This document shows, piece after piece, positions 1-10,279 of a stretch of 64,000 nt of DNA. Source of the DNA: an uncultured Solibacteraceae bacterium (lineage in GTDB: Bacteria; Acidobacteriota; Terriglobia; Bryobacterales; Bryobacteraceae); assembly GCA_964468205.1 (NCBI GenBank), contig CAYXVG010000035.1, forward strand, positions 5,143-69,142, in the 5' to 3' direction. The position numbers and the translations under genes were made by a program. The notes under the pieces are model-generated. The model did not search any database. It was not told the DNA's origin and saw nothing but the letters and a program-made list of their open reading frames with translations. Each line of letters begins with the position of its first letter. Position 1 is the stretch's first letter.

Positions 1-1
1 T

Positions 2-211
2 GAGAAACTTCGCGAGCTGGATGAAAAAGAGCTTCGCGCGCAGATTAAAGAGATTGCCGAACAGATGTTCCGGCTCCGCTTCCAGATGGGGATGGGCCAG
101 ATGGACGGCTTGAAGAAGTACCGGGTCTTGAAGAAAGACCGCGCCCGGCTCCTCACGGTGTTGCGCGAACGCGAGCTGGAGACGGCGGCGCAGGAAGCAG
201 AAGGACAATAA
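2..211 (+). CDS. rpmC: 50S ribosomal protein L29, C-terminal part (5' end lies outside the window)
   Basis: Frame 2 is open from the window edge: EKLRELDEKELRAQIKEIAEQMFRLRFQMGMGQMDGLKKYRVLKKDRARLLTVL..., with stop TAA at 209-211. It sits directly upstream of S17, as in the conserved S10/spc cluster. Confidence 0.85.
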   Translation, partial: EKLRELDEKELRAQIKEIAEQMFRLRFQMGMGQMDGLKKYRVLKKDRARLLTVLRERELETAAQEAEGQ

Positions 212-214
212 GCG

Positions 215-499
215 ATGCCGGAGTCAACTGCGGACAAGAGCAAGAACAGCAAAGTCGGTGAAGTAGTCTCGACGAAGATGGACAAGACGATCGTGGTTGA
301 AGTGACGCGCCGCGTTTCCCATCCACTCTACAAGCGCGTGGTGAAACGGCGAAAGAAGTTCCATGCCCACGATGCGGAGAACACGTGCCGGGTGGGCGAT
401 TTCGTGCGAATTACGGAGTGCCGTCCGCTGAGCCGGCTCAAGCGTTGGCAATTGAGCGAGGTAATCCGCCGGGCCGTGGTGTTGGAAAAGCCGGAGTAA
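215..499 (+). CDS. rpsQ: 30S ribosomal protein S17
   Basis: 94-aa ORF: ...[40 protein letters not shown]...[15 protein letters not shown]. Typical S17 sequence and operon position. Confidence 0.95.
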   Translation: MPESTADKSKNSKVGEVVSTKMDKTIVVEVTRRVSHPLYKRVVKRRKKFHAHDAENTCRVGDFVRITECRPLSRLKRWQLSEVIRRAVVLEKPE

Positions 500-549
500 G
501 TGGGCGGCGATTTAGGGAATTGAGCGGAAGAGGAGCTTAGGAGACCGTC

Positions 550-918
550 ATGATTGGAATGCAAACCGTTCTTGAGGTGGCCGACAACAGCGGCGCCCGC
601 AAGCTGCAGTGTATTCTGCCGCGGGGCGGTGATGTCGGCAAGAGAGCGGGTCTTGGTGACGTAGTGACGGCCAGCGTTAAGGAGGCCGCGCCCGAGTCCC
701 AGGTGAAGAAGGGCAAGGTGGTGCGCTGTGTCATCGTGCGTCTGCGGAAGGAGACGCGGCGCAAGGATGGAACGTACATCCGATTCGACTCCAACGCCGC
801 CGTACTGATCAATGACGCCGGCGAGCCTCTTGGGACGCGAGTTTTCGGGCCGGTCGCCCGTGAGCTTCGGGATAAACGATTCATGCGTATCGTCTCGCTG
901 GCACCGGAGGTTATCTAG
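550..918 (+). CDS. rplN: 50S ribosomal protein L14
   Basis: 122 aa, starting [22 protein letters not shown]..., the canonical L14 N-terminus. Conserved gene order. Confidence 0.97.
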   Translation: MIGMQTVLEVADNSGARKLQCILPRGGDVGKRAGLGDVVTASVKEAAPESQVKKGKVVRCVIVRLRKETRRKDGTYIRFDSNAAVLINDAGEPLGTRVFGPVARELRDKRFMRIVSLAPEVI

Positions 919-1302
919 ATGGGTCGCCACAATGCAGAACGAAAAGCGGAGGCGCTGAGGCGCCGGGTACACGTCCGCAGGGATGACACGGTCCTTGTGA
1001 TTGCGGGCAAAGACAAGGGAAAGACCGGCCGGGTGCTGGATGTTGACCGGGTGAAAGGGCGAGCGCTGGTGGAGGGGATAAATATGTCGAAGGTTCACAC
1101 CCGCCCCAATCCCCAGAAGCAGATCAAGGGCGGAATCGCCGAGCGGGAAGCTTCGATTCACCTTTCAAACCTGATGCTGATTGCGGCTGACGGAAAGCCA
1201 ACGCGCGTCGGCTACCGGGTTGAGGAAGCGGGCGGTAAGTCCCGCCGGGTCCGCATCGCCCGCCGCACGGGCGAGGTATTGGATAGAAAGTCGGGAAGTT
1301 GA
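919..1302 (+). CDS. rplX: 50S ribosomal protein L24, with N- and C-terminal extensions
   Basis: KOW motif VRRDDTVLVIAGKDKGKTGRVLDV. The ATG abuts the L14 stop. 127 aa against about 104 in E. coli. Confidence 0.93.
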   Translation: MGRHNAERKAEALRRRVHVRRDDTVLVIAGKDKGKTGRVLDVDRVKGRALVEGINMSKVHTRPNPQKQIKGGIAEREASIHLSNLMLIAADGKPTRVGYRVEEAGGKSRRVRIARRTGEVLDRKSGS

Positions 1303-1406
1303 AAAACCGGCTCCGGGCGGAGGTTGTAGGAAGAATAGCAAGCCGTCCGGTAGCCAGGCCTAAATAGGGAGGCCGGCGGTACAAAGCCCGCCGGCGCGAA
1401 AAGACA

Positions 1407-2003
1407 ATGGCTGGTAAGAAAGAGAAGAATGAAGAGCGGAAGGCGCCCTCGGGGCCCCGGACTCCGGCCCGGCTGAGAGTCCGCTTTAAGGAAGAGATTA
1501 TTCCGGCCTTGATGAAGGAGCTTAGCTACTCGAACATCATGGCTGTTCCAAGGCTCGAGAAGGTATCGGTGAACATGGGCGTGGGAGAGGCCACGCAGAA
1601 TAGCAAGGCGATTGAGCCGGCCGTAAAGGAGCTTGGTCAGATCACGGGCCAGCGGCCAGTGGTTACAAAAGCTCGCAAGTCTATCGCGCAGTTCAAGTTA
1701 CGTGAGGGCATGCCGATTGGATGCGCAGTGACGCTTCGCGGGGAACGGATGTACGAGTTTCTTGACCGCCTGTTCAATGTCGCTCTTCCCCGTGTGCGGG
1801 ACTTCCATGGCGTTTCGAAGAAGGCCTTTGACGGCCGCGGCAACTACACGCTGGGCATTAAGGACCAGCTTATTTTTCCCGAGATCGACTACAACAAAGT
1901 CGACAAGACGCGAGGGATGAATATTTGCATCACCACCACGGCTGGCACCGACGCCGAGGGGATGGCCCTGTTGCGGCATCTTGGAATGCCGTTTGTGAAA
2001 TAG
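1407..2003 (+). CDS. rplE: 50S ribosomal protein L5, with a basic N-terminal extension of about 19 aa
   Basis: 198 aa with typical L5 core: ...[18 protein letters not shown]...[19 protein letters not shown].... No alternative canonical start lies downstream of 1407. Confidence 0.95.
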   Translation: MAGKKEKNEERKAPSGPRTPARLRVRFKEEIIPALMKELSYSNIMAVPRLEKVSVNMGVGEATQNSKAIEPAVKELGQITGQRPVVTKARKSIAQFKLREGMPIGCAVTLRGERMYEFLDRLFNVALPRVRDFHGVSKKAFDGRGNYTLGIKDQLIFPEIDYNKVDKTRGMNICITTTAGTDAEGMALLRHLGMPFVK

Positions 2004-2047
2004 GCTGGGCCGTGGACAGGTTTTATCGGATTACGAAAGGTATTTGA

Positions 2048-2257
2048 ATGGCAACAGAAGCCAAGATCGCAAGAGACCGCAAGCTGGCCAAGGCGAAGGC
2101 TGCCGGCAAACCGAAACTGCGCTGCCGCCACCGCAACCGCTGTTTCCGTTGTGGCAGGCCGCGCGGCTACATCCGGAAGTTTAATCTCTGCCGGATCTGC
2201 TTCCGTGAGCTCGCCCTAGCCGGCGAAATTCCGGGCGTGATCAAGGCGAGCTGGTAG
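2048..2257 (+). CDS. rpsZ: 30S ribosomal protein S14, zinc-binding type Z
   Basis: 69 aa with CxxC...CxxC ([23 protein letters not shown]) and the C-terminal W. Position between L5 and S8. Confidence 0.93.
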   Translation: MATEAKIARDRKLAKAKAAGKPKLRCRHRNRCFRCGRPRGYIRKFNLCRICFRELALAGEIPGVIKASW

Positions 2258-2296
2258 GCGGTTCGATACCAGGATATGCGGAGAGGTTGAGCGAGT

Positions 2297-2692
2297 ATGA
2301 ATACGGATCCCATTGCCGACATGTTGACGCGCATTCGAAATGCGCTGCAGGCGAGACATCCGAAGGTCGATATCCCGATGTCGCGATTGAAGATGGAGAT
2401 TGCCCGGATTCTCAAGGACGAGGGATATATCTTGAACTACAAGCCCGCTGACGAAGGTTCGAGGCGGCTTATCCGGATCTATCTCAAATACACCCCGGGT
2501 GACGTGCCGGCCATCTCGCGGATCGAGCGGGTTTCCAAGCCTGGGTGCCGCGTCTACGTTGGCAGCAACTCGGTTCCCTGGGTCCTTGGCGGCTTGGGCG
2601 TCAATATTCTGACTACTCCCAAGGGAGTGATGACGGGACGGAAAGCCCGGACCGAAGGAGTTGGCGGCGAGGTGCTCTGCCAGATCTGGTAG
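2297..2692 (+). CDS. rpsH: 30S ribosomal protein S8
   Basis: 131 aa, starting [21 protein letters not shown]..., the canonical S8 N-terminus. Confidence 0.96.
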   Translation: MNTDPIADMLTRIRNALQARHPKVDIPMSRLKMEIARILKDEGYILNYKPADEGSRRLIRIYLKYTPGDVPAISRIERVSKPGCRVYVGSNSVPWVLGGLGVNILTTPKGVMTGRKARTEGVGGEVLCQIW

Positions 2693-2724
2693 GGCCGCGG
2701 CCGGAACCACGGAGTAAAGAAGCC

Positions 2725-3261
2725 ATGTCGAGAGTTGGAAAAAAGCCGATCCCGTTACCCAAGGGAATCAAAATCGTGATCGGCGATACGCTACAGGTAG
2801 AAGGGCCGAAGGGGAAGCTCACGGTCCCGATTCCCAATGGCATCACGATCGAGCAGGACGATCAAGAGTTGCGGTTGGAACGCGCTTCCGACAAGCATGC
2901 GGCCGAGCATGGACTGACCCGCGCCCTGGCCTCGAACGCAGTTGTCGGCGTAAGTGAGGGTTGGAAGAAGGAGTTGGACATTGTCGGCGTTGGATATCGC
3001 GGCGAGGTCAAGGGCCGGGTGGCTGTCTTCAGTCTCGGTTACTCCCATCCGATCGAGTATTTGCTGCCGGAGGGTATCGACGTGACGATCGACAAGCAGA
3101 ATCATGTCGTCGTCACCGGCAATGATAAGCAGCAGGTCGGCCAGGTTGCCGCTATTGTTCGTGGGCTTCGGCCGCCGGAGCCTTACAAGAATAAGGGGAT
3201 CCGGTACACCGGGGAGCGGCTGCGCAAGAAGGTCGGCAAGGCCGGCGCCGGAGGTAAGTAA
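2725..3261 (+). CDS. rplF: 50S ribosomal protein L6
   Basis: Internal ATG of track ORF 2545..3261 gives [17 protein letters not shown]..., a typical L6 start. The upstream part of the ORF overlaps S8 out of frame. Confidence 0.95.
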   Translation: MSRVGKKPIPLPKGIKIVIGDTLQVEGPKGKLTVPIPNGITIEQDDQELRLERASDKHAAEHGLTRALASNAVVGVSEGWKKELDIVGVGYRGEVKGRVAVFSLGYSHPIEYLLPEGIDVTIDKQNHVVVTGNDKQQVGQVAAIVRGLRPPEPYKNKGIRYTGERLRKKVGKAGAGGK

Positions 3262-3263
3262 GC

Positions 3264-3623
3264 ATGATCCGTAAAGAGTCAAGGAACACGCATCGGAAGC
3301 GGATACACCTGAGGCTTCGCCGCAAGCTCAGCGGTTCTCCGGAGCGGCCGCGCCTAGTGGTCTACCGCAGTTTGAAGCACATCCAAGCGCAAGTAATCGA
3401 CGACAAGGCCGGGCACACGCTCGCCTCCGCCTCGACACTCGAGAAGAATGCCGCCGTCAAGGGGAGCAACATTGGCGCTGCCAAGACGGTCGGGAAGCTA
3501 GTGGCGGAGCGGGCGCAGGAGAAGGGTATTAAGAAGATCGTTTTCGACCGCGGCGGCTACCGGTACCATGGCCGCGTGAAGGCGCTCGCGGACGCGGCTC
3601 GGGAATCAGGATTGGAGTTCTAG
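3264..3623 (+). CDS. rplR: 50S ribosomal protein L18
   Basis: 119 aa: ...[20 protein letters not shown]...[21 protein letters not shown]. Confidence 0.95.
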   Translation: MIRKESRNTHRKRIHLRLRRKLSGSPERPRLVVYRSLKHIQAQVIDDKAGHTLASASTLEKNAAVKGSNIGAAKTVGKLVAERAQEKGIKKIVFDRGGYRYHGRVKALADAARESGLEF

Positions 3624-3627
3624 TGGC

Positions 3628-4146
3628 ATGACAAATGCAGCAATGTATGAGCGGATCGATCCGCAGGCGCTGAACATTAAAGAGCAGGTTGTCTCCATCA
3701 ATCGCGTCACCAAGGTAGTTAAGGGTGGAAAGAACCTGAGCTTCGCGGCTCTGGTGGTGGTCGGCGACCCCGATCAGCATTTCGTGGGCTATGCCACTGG
3801 GAAGGCCAAGGAGGTTCCGTCGGCGATCAAGAAAGGAATTGAGGCCGCCAAGAAGAATCTCCGCAAGATTCATGTCCTCGAGACAACGATAAAACATATG
3901 GTGGTTGGCCGTTACGGCGCTGGAGAGGTGATGCTGAAGCCGGCTCCCGCCGGGACCGGCGTGATTGCCGGGGGCCCGGTCCGAGCGGTGATTGAAGCGG
4001 TGGGAATCCCGAACGTAGTGACCAAGTGCATTGGGACGAACAATCCGCATAACGTTGTCAAGGCGACGGTCAATGCGCTCGAGCAGCTTCGTGACCGCGA
4101 CCAGGTGGCACAGTTGCGCGGCATAGATGTCGAGCGGCTGGGCTAA
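3628..4146 (+). CDS. rpsE: 30S ribosomal protein S5
   Basis: 172 aa: ...[27 protein letters not shown]... Confidence 0.96.
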   Translation: MTNAAMYERIDPQALNIKEQVVSINRVTKVVKGGKNLSFAALVVVGDPDQHFVGYATGKAKEVPSAIKKGIEAAKKNLRKIHVLETTIKHMVVGRYGAGEVMLKPAPAGTGVIAGGPVRAVIEAVGIPNVVTKCIGTNNPHNVVKATVNALEQLRDRDQVAQLRGIDVERLG

Positions 4147-4163
4147 GACAAGGAGACTCAACG

Positions 4164-4340
4164 ATGGCGGCGATTAAGATCAAGCTAGTGCGAAGCACGA
4201 TCGGACGGCCGGAGAAGCAGAAGAAGATCGTCCGCAGTCTCGGTCTGCGAAAGATCAATCAGGTAGTGGAGCGGCCCGACGGCCCGGAGTTCCGGGGCAT
4301 GGTCGCCAAGGCGCCGCACCTGCTGGCAATCGTCGAGTAG
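4164..4340 (+). CDS. rpmD: 50S ribosomal protein L30
   Basis: 58-aa ORF, below the track cutoff and translated by hand: MAAIKIKLVRSTIGRPEKQKKIVRSLGLRKINQVVERPDGPEFRGMVAKAPHLLAIVE. AAGGAG lies about 8 nt upstream. Position between S5 and L15. Confidence 0.85.
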   Translation: MAAIKIKLVRSTIGRPEKQKKIVRSLGLRKINQVVERPDGPEFRGMVAKAPHLLAIVE

Positions 4341-4403
4341 GCGGAGCGGACCGGCTGCGCCCCGTTGATGCGGGCCGCGATTCCGGTTGAAATGGGTGAA
4401 GAG

Positions 4404-4904
4404 ATGAATTTAAGCGATATCAAGCCCCCGAAGGGTCAAGTTCATAAGAAGAAGCGTGTCGGCCGGGGCATGGGCTCTGGGCATGGAAAGACCTCCGGCC
4501 GTGGTCACAAGGGGCAGCACTCGATTTCCGGCTTCAGCCGCCAACGCGGCTTTGAGGGTGGTCAGATGCCGCTGCACCGCCGGCTTCCGAAGCGAGGCTT
4601 CACAAATATCTTCGGCAAGGAGTACGCCGTGGTCAACGTTGGCCGGCTCAACGAGCTCGAAGGCGACACCTTCGATGCCGATATCCTGATTGAGATGGGC
4701 GTGGTGAAGAAGCTCAAGAGCGGGTTGAAGGTGCTCGGCACGGGCGACGTTACGCGGAAGATCACCGTGAAAGCGCACCAGTTCTCGAAGGCGGCCGAGG
4801 AGAAGATCACCGCGGCCGGCGGCGCCGTGGAGAAGATTCCGCCTGGCGCCACCCCGTCCAGCGGATCGCGGTCGGATGAATCCGCAGAGGATTCTCAGGC
4901 TTAG
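4404..4904 (+). CDS. rplO: 50S ribosomal protein L15, with an acidic/Ser-rich C-terminal tail
   Basis: MNLSDIKPPKGQVHKKKRVGRGMGSGHGKTSGRGHKGQ... is a typical L15 N-terminus. The track ORF begins at 4365; starts at 4392 or 4368 are not excluded. Confidence 0.88.
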   Translation: MNLSDIKPPKGQVHKKKRVGRGMGSGHGKTSGRGHKGQHSISGFSRQRGFEGGQMPLHRRLPKRGFTNIFGKEYAVVNVGRLNELEGDTFDADILIEMGVVKKLKSGLKVLGTGDVTRKITVKAHQFSKAAEEKITAAGGAVEKIPPGATPSSGSRSDESAEDSQA

Positions 4905-4951
4905 CAGAGGATTGCCCCGAGAGCGGGGCGGAAGCGTAGAGAGAACTCACC

Positions 4952-6352
4952 ATGAACAAGTTCTTGGAGGCAGTCGCGAATGTGTTCCGGGTCCCTGACC
5001 TGCGAAACCGGGTCTTTTTTACCCTCGGGATGCTCGCGATTTACCGGCTTGGAGCCTTCATCCCTACCCCGGGCATCGATACGGTTCGTCTCAAAGAGTT
5101 CTTCCAGGCCAACCAGGGCACTCTTTTCGGTTTCATCAATCTGTTTTCGGGCGGCATGTTCGAGAGCATGACGATCTTCGCGCTGGGGATCATGCCGTAT
5201 ATCACAGCGTCAATTATTCTCCAGTTGTTGACAGTGGTGATTCCGACGCTGGAAAAGTTGAAGAAGGAAGGCGAACTCGGCCGCCGAAAGATCACCCAGT
5301 GGACACGCTATCTCACGATCGGTCTGTCGTTGATGCAGTCCTTCGCGATTGCGACTACCCTGCAGGCTTCCGAAGGCGGCTTCGTCGTGAATCCGGGCGT
5401 CGGCTTTATCCTGATGACGATCCTCACGCTGACCACGGGCACGGCGTTTATCATGTGGCTTGGCGAGCAGATTACCGAGCGCGGTATCGGTAACGGGATG
5501 TCGCTGATCATCTTTGCCGGCATCGTGGTTGGTCTGCCGTCGGCGATGAGCGAGATCTATACGAACGCTTTTGTAACCCGGCAGTGGAACATCTTGCAGG
5601 TTGCGATCATCGTGCTGATGATGGTGGCGGTTGTCGGTTTCATCGTCCTCGTAGAGCGCGGCGAGCGGCGAATTCCGGTGCAATATGCCAAACGAGTAGT
5701 CGGGCGCCGGATGATGGGCGGTCAACAAACCCATCTTCCGCTGAAGGTGAACGCCGGTGGCGTTATTCCCGTGATCTTCGCTTCGTCACTGCTGGCCTTC
5801 CCGCAGACGCTACGGCAGGTAGCGTTCATTCGCGACAACGTCTGGTTGAGTGGAATGCTGGATGCGATGAGTCACGGCCAGCCGCTTTACTACCTCATTT
5901 ATACGATCGGCATCATCTTCTTCTGTTTCTTCTACGTCTCGATCATCTTTAACCCGAACGAGGCGGCGGACAATATGCGCAAGTACGGCGGGTTCGTTCC
6001 GGGGATACGGCCGGGACGCAACACCGCCGAGTATATGAACAAGATTCTCACCCGGATCACGATGGTTGGCGGTCTGTACCTCGCGCTACTCTCGCTGCTG
6101 CCGGAAATCATGATTTCCGGCATCAAGCTGCAGACGCTTCCGGGGATCGGGAACTTCATCGACAACAACTTCCCGCGCTGGCTGCTCGACGGATTGGGAG
6201 TGAGCTTCTACTTCGGCGGCACATCGCTGTTGATTGTGGTCGGTGTCGCGATGGACTTTGTGAATCAAATTGAAGCGCAACTCATCATGCGCCACTACGA
6301 AGGTTTTACGCCGCGGTCCGGGCGAATCCGGGGTCGGCGGAGCGTTTTCTAG
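4952..6352 (+). CDS. secY: Preprotein translocase subunit SecY
   Basis: 466 aa, multi-pass membrane protein with typical SecY blocks (LGIMPYITASIILQLL, GTAFIMWLGEQITERGIGNG). Conserved position after L15. Confidence 0.97.
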   Translation: MNKFLEAVANVFRVPDLRNRVFFTLGMLAIYRLGAFIPTPGIDTVRLKEFFQANQGTLFGFINLFSGGMFESMTIFALGIMPYITASIILQLLTVVIPTLEKLKKEGELGRRKITQWTRYLTIGLSLMQSFAIATTLQASEGGFVVNPGVGFILMTILTLTTGTAFIMWLGEQITERGIGNGMSLIIFAGIVVGLPSAMSEIYTNAFVTRQWNILQVAIIVLMMVAVVGFIVLVERGERRIPVQYAKRVVGRRMMGGQQTHLPLKVNAGGVIPVIFASSLLAFPQTLRQVAFIRDNVWLSGMLDAMSHGQPLYYLIYTIGIIFFCFFYVSIIFNPNEAADNMRKYGGFVPGIRPGRNTAEYMNKILTRITMVGGLYLALLSLLPEIMISGIKLQTLPGIGNFIDNNFPRWLLDGLGVSFYFGGTSLLIVVGVAMDFVNQIEAQLIMRHYEGFTPRSGRIRGRRSVF

Positions 6353-6443
6353 GGAGCATCGAGGCAATTGGCGCGGGCGTTGGTGCAATGGCTTTTGTTA
6401 CAATAACTTATAAGCCCTGCTCGAGTCGCCACGCAGGATATTG

Positions 6444-7214
6444 ATGATCATTCGGAAAAGTCCGGCTGAACTTGAGAAGATGCGGGCGGCCGGCCTGCTT
6501 GTCCACCAGATCCTCTCGACAGTCAGTGAGATGGTCGCCGAAGGAGTGACCACCATGGATCTGGAGATCGAGGCGGATCGGATTATCACGGACGCAGGCG
6601 CGGAGGCGGCCTTCAAAGGTTACTATGTTCCGGCCATTGGGGCTCGGTTTCCGACCGTGCTATGCACGTCGGTTAATGACGAAATCGTTCATGGGATACC
6701 GTCGGCGACGCGTGCACTCAAGAAGGGCGATGTGGTCTCGATTGACACAGGAGTCAAGCTGAATGGTTATTTTGGCGACTCCGCCGTTACCGTGCCGGTC
6801 GGCGCAGTGAACGGTTCGACTCAGCGTTTGCTCGAGGTAACGCGCGAAGCTTTGGAGCGGGCGATCGGACAGATGCGGCCAGGCAATCGCCTGTTTGATG
6901 TTTGTGGAGCGGTAGAGAGGTTTGTCACGGAGAACGGCTTCAGTATTGTTCGAGAGTACGTCGGTCACGGAATCGGGACTCAGCTCCACGAGGAGCCTCA
7001 GGTTCCAAATTACATTGACCGGAGCAACGCGAATCCGCGGCTCAAAGAGGGTATGGTTTTCGCGCTCGAGCCGATGGTGAACGCCGGAAAGGCCGGGAGC
7101 CGCCTTACGGCGGACCGGTGGACAGCGGTGACGAAGGACGGCTCGGTGTCGGCTCATTTCGAACACTGTGTTGCGGTCACTGCCAACGGACCATGGGTAC
7201 TGACCCGGCCGTAG
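6444..7214 (+). CDS. map: Type I methionine aminopeptidase
   Basis: MIIRKSPAELEKMRAAG...NDEIVHGIP...VSIDTG...GHGIG...LEPM. The ATG at 6444 has AGGA 5 nt upstream, so it is preferred over the track start TTG 6441. Confidence 0.93.
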   Translation: MIIRKSPAELEKMRAAGLLVHQILSTVSEMVAEGVTTMDLEIEADRIITDAGAEAAFKGYYVPAIGARFPTVLCTSVNDEIVHGIPSATRALKKGDVVSIDTGVKLNGYFGDSAVTVPVGAVNGSTQRLLEVTREALERAIGQMRPGNRLFDVCGAVERFVTENGFSIVREYVGHGIGTQLHEEPQVPNYIDRSNANPRLKEGMVFALEPMVNAGKAGSRLTADRWTAVTKDGSVSAHFEHCVAVTANGPWVLTRP

Positions 7215-7222
7215 CTTGGTTT

Positions 7223-7459
7223 ATGTCGCGAATGCTCGACGAGAAGTCGCCCGGCGAATCGGGAATCGCGGCCACGGTTGTCGAACTATTGCCGCGCGCA
7301 ACGTATCGCGTGATGCTGGACAATCGGCGAAGTGTTCTGGCCCATGCGGCCAGTTCCGGGCAGAAGAACTTTGTCCGGCTTCGCGAAGGGGACAAGGTGG
7401 AGGTGAAGATTTCGCCCCACGACCCGACGCGAGGGCGGATCTTGAGATTGCTGAATTAG
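7223..7459 (+). CDS. infA: Translation initiation factor IF-1
   Basis: The internal Met of ORF 7118..7459 gives ...ATVVELLPRATYRVMLDNRRSVLAHAASSGQKNFVRLREGDKVEVKISPHDPTRGRI, an S1-like IF-1 fold. The exact start (7223 or 7232) is uncertain. Confidence 0.85.
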   Translation: MSRMLDEKSPGESGIAATVVELLPRATYRVMLDNRRSVLAHAASSGQKNFVRLREGDKVEVKISPHDPTRGRILRLLN

Positions 7460-7479
7460 AAACGGAAGGCTGCTAAGTC

Positions 7480-7593
7480 ATGAAGGTACGGGCCTCAGTA
7501 AAGAAGATATGTGATAAGTGCAAGATCATCCACCGGCACGGAGTGGTGCGCGTGATCTGCGAGAACCCGAAGCACAAGCAGCGTCAAGGATAA
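7480..7593 (+). CDS. rpmJ: 50S ribosomal protein L36
   Basis: 37-aa ORF translated by hand: [37 protein letters not shown], the zinc-ribbon type. Position between infA and rpsM. Confidence 0.9.
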   Translation: MKVRASVKKICDKCKIIHRHGVVRVICENPKHKQRQG

Positions 7594-7605
7594 AGGGAGA
7601 AATAT

Positions 7606-7989
7606 ATGGCGCGCATTATTGGTGTTGACTTACCCAATCGCAAACGGGCCGAGATTGGTCTGACGTATTTGTACGGCGTTGGCCGAACCCGGGCGCGGTC
7701 TATACTGCACCGGGCCGGTGTTGACTTCGGTAAGAAGGTGGGGGATCTCGATGAAGACGAGGTCAGCCGTATCCGCCAGATACTGGAGGAAGAAGGTGCG
7801 GTTGAGGGCGACCTTCGCAAGGAACTCTCGATGAACGTCAAACGGCTGATCGAGATGGGCTCCTATCGCGGCCTCCGGCATCGACGCGGACTTCCGGTCC
7901 GCGGCCAACGCACGCATACTAACGCCCGGAACCGGAAGGGTCCGCGCCGCGGTACCGTTGCACAAAAGAGAAAGGCCGGCAAGAAGTAA
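7606..7989 (+). CDS. rpsM: 30S ribosomal protein S13
   Basis: 127 aa, starting [26 protein letters not shown]... Confidence 0.96.
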   Translation: MARIIGVDLPNRKRAEIGLTYLYGVGRTRARSILHRAGVDFGKKVGDLDEDEVSRIRQILEEEGAVEGDLRKELSMNVKRLIEMGSYRGLRHRRGLPVRGQRTHTNARNRKGPRRGTVAQKRKAGKK

Positions 7990-8026
7990 GAACTCGAGTC
8001 GGAAGCTGCCAGGAACGGATTGAGAT

Positions 8027-8428
8027 ATGGCCAAGGCTGCAAAAGGCAAGAAGAAGACCTTTAAGAAGAAAGAAAAGAAGAACATTCCCGAGGGGATTGT
8101 CCATATTCAGGCCACTTTCAATAACACGATTGTGACCTTCTCGGACCCGACGGGGAATGTAGTCGCGTGGTCGAGTTCGGGCTCTCTCGGTTTTCGGGGT
8201 TCCCGCAAGGGGACGCCGTTTGCCGCCCAGCAAGCGTCGATGACCGCGGGTAAGAAAGCCCGGGAAGCGGGCATGCGCGTTGTTGAGGTTCGGGTGAGTG
8301 GGCCGGGTTCCGGCCGCGAGTCCGCGGTTCGCGCCCTTTCCACGTTGGGCTTCAACGTGCGCAGGATCAAGGACCGGACGCCAATCCCGCACAATGGATG
8401 CCGTCCCCCGAAGCGCCGCCGCGTCTGA
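8027..8428 (+). CDS. rpsK: 30S ribosomal protein S11
   Basis: 133 aa: ...[30 protein letters not shown]... Confidence 0.96.
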   Translation: MAKAAKGKKKTFKKKEKKNIPEGIVHIQATFNNTIVTFSDPTGNVVAWSSSGSLGFRGSRKGTPFAAQQASMTAGKKAREAGMRVVEVRVSGPGSGRESAVRALSTLGFNVRRIKDRTPIPHNGCRPPKRRRV

Positions 8429-8569
8429 TTTTTGTGAACGAACAAGCAGGAGGAAGGCGGAAGTGGATTGCCAGGAAGTGACGCGAACGCGAGAGGATTC
8501 GCGCATAGCGTCTGGCATTCAGATTCGACCGCTGTAAACTGCACCTTTGCTCGAAAGGAGATAGGTAGT

Positions 8570-9202
8570 TTGGCACGTTATATAGGTTCAGTTTGCCGGC
8601 TTTGCCGGCGTGAAGGCATGAAGCTCTTTCTGAAAGGGGAGCGCTGCCACACCGAAAAGTGCGCCATTGAACGGCGCAACGTACCGCCCGGACACCAGAC
8701 CCGGCACCGCCGGCCCAAGGTCTCGAGTTTCGGTCTCCAGTTGCGCGAGAAGCAGAAGGCGCGCCGGGTTTACGGAATACTGGAACGGCAGTTCCGGCAT
8801 TATTACGAGAAAGCGGCCCAGTCGAAGGGAATCACGGGCGAGAACCTGCTCTCACTGCTTGAGCGCCGTCTGGACAATGTGGTTTACCGCCTTGGTTTTG
8901 GCACCAGCCGAAACCAGGCCCGCCAACTTGTTCGTCACGGTCATATTCATGTGAACGGCCGCAAGGTGAACATACCGTCTTTTCAGGTGAAGCAGGGCCA
9001 TGTGATCGAGGTCCGGGAAAAGAGCCACCAAAACGGTATGATCTTAAGCGCTCTCGAGGCGACCGCGCATCAGCCTACCCCGAGCTGGCTGGAGGTGGAT
9101 CGCGACGCGATGAAGGGCCGTGTGATCGGTAGCCCCAAGCGCGACGAACTCGTTCAGATCGAGTTGAACGAACAGCTTATCGTCGAGTTGTACTCGAAGT
9201 AA
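8570..9202 (+). CDS. rpsD: 30S ribosomal protein S4 (TTG start)
   Basis: (L/M)[25 protein letters not shown]... is the typical S4 N-terminus. TTG at 8570 is preceded by AAGGAG at about 8555-8560. The upstream part of ORF 8468..9202 has no S4 similarity. Confidence 0.92.
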   Translation: MARYIGSVCRLCRREGMKLFLKGERCHTEKCAIERRNVPPGHQTRHRRPKVSSFGLQLREKQKARRVYGILERQFRHYYEKAAQSKGITGENLLSLLERRLDNVVYRLGFGTSRNQARQLVRHGHIHVNGRKVNIPSFQVKQGHVIEVREKSHQNGMILSALEATAHQPTPSWLEVDRDAMKGRVIGSPKRDELVQIELNEQLIVELYSK

Positions 9203-9215
9203 GAAGGAGAAACGG

Positions 9216-10253
9216 ATGTACATCGGCTTTCAGAAGCCCAAGCGGCTTGTTGCCAATACGGAAACCCTGACCGACCGGTACGGCATGTTCTACGCCCAGC
9301 CCTTCGAGCGCGGTTTCGGAACTACCATCGGCGTGGCATTGCGCCGCATTCTCCTCAGCGCCATTGAGGGCGCGGCCATTACCGCGGTCCGGATCGAAGG
9401 TGTCGCCCACGAGTTCAGTCCCATTCCGGGCGTTACCGAGGACGCGACGGACGTGATCCTCAATCTGAAGCAGATCCCGTTCAAGATGACTGGCGAAGGT
9501 GTCCGGACCGCCCGGCTCCACATCGAGGAACCTGGGGAGGTTACCAGCGGACAGATTGAGACGGACTCCGAAGTCGAGGTGCTCGACCGGAATATGCACG
9601 TTGCCACCGTTGGAGAGGGCGGCAAGTTAATCGTTGAGATGCGGCTGAAAATGGGACGCGGCTACGTGAGCGCGGACCGCAATTATGACGAGGACCTTCC
9701 ACTGGGCTCGATTCCAATCGATTCCGTCCATTCGCCAGTCCGGAAGGCGAACTTCACGGTTGAGAACGCCCGTCTCGGTCAGATGACCGACTACGACAAG
9801 CTAACGCTGGAAGTCTGGACCAACGGGGCCATCTCTCCGCAGGACGCCATCGGACACGCGTCCAAGCTGATGCGGGACCACACGGCCATCTTCATCAACT
9901 TTGAAGATATTGAGGAGCCGGAGCCCGAGCCCGTCGATCGCGCGGTGAACCAGATGAACGAGGTGCTGAACCGATCTGTCGAGGAACTTGAGCTTTCGGT
10001 TCGCTCCTACAACTGTCTGAAGAACGCCAATATTCAAACGATTGGTGATCTGGTGCAGAAGTCCGAAGCCGAGATGCTGCGCACGAAGAACTTCGGCCGG
10101 AAGTCGCTCAATGAGATCAAAGAGATACTCGGCGGTCTCGGCCTGCAGTTTGGAATGCGATTCGATTCGCAGGGGCGGCTAGTGACGCCGTCGGGCCAGC
10201 CGGCCGTCCTGGATGCTTCCGGAGAGGGCAGTCCGCAAACCAGCGAACTCTAG
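9216..10253 (+). CDS. rpoA: DNA-directed RNA polymerase subunit alpha
   Basis: 345 aa with N-terminal assembly domain ([20 protein letters not shown]) and C-terminal domain ([23 protein letters not shown]). Confidence 0.96.
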   Translation: MYIGFQKPKRLVANTETLTDRYGMFYAQPFERGFGTTIGVALRRILLSAIEGAAITAVRIEGVAHEFSPIPGVTEDATDVILNLKQIPFKMTGEGVRTARLHIEEPGEVTSGQIETDSEVEVLDRNMHVATVGEGGKLIVEMRLKMGRGYVSADRNYDEDLPLGSIPIDSVHSPVRKANFTVENARLGQMTDYDKLTLEVWTNGAISPQDAIGHASKLMRDHTAIFINFEDIEEPEPEPVDRAVNQMNEVLNRSVEELELSVRSYNCLKNANIQTIGDLVQKSEAEMLRTKNFGRKSLNEIKEILGGLGLQFGMRFDSQGRLVTPSGQPAVLDASGEGSPQTSEL

Positions 10254-10279
10254 TTAGTGGTGAGAAACGGGAATCTGAA

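Noticed and set aside
328-1161. 277-aa minus-strand ORF, and many similar long antisense or alternate-frame ORFs across the ribosomal cluster (e.g. 2216..2710, 2791..3282, 3529..4161, 7919..8518).
   Set aside because: They lie entirely opposite or out of frame to unmistakable ribosomal-protein genes. They are Arg/Pro/Gly-rich as expected for non-coding frames in high-GC DNA, and they lack ribosome-binding sites.
2545-2724. N-terminal 60 codons of track ORF 2545..3261 (L6). Similar upstream extensions exist at 7118..7222 (infA), 8468..8569 (S4), 29866..29913, 30747..30827, 51503..51580, 56696..56773 and 58729..58830.
   Set aside because: The extensions overlap the preceding gene or lack similarity to the family. 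Internal starts give canonical N-termini or signal peptides, with Shine-Dalgarno motifs at proper spacing.
6353-6440. Absence of adk between secY and map.
   Set aside because: Adenylate kinase is missing from this position in many lineages. The 88-nt gap shows no gene remnant, so this is a neutral observation and not a finding.
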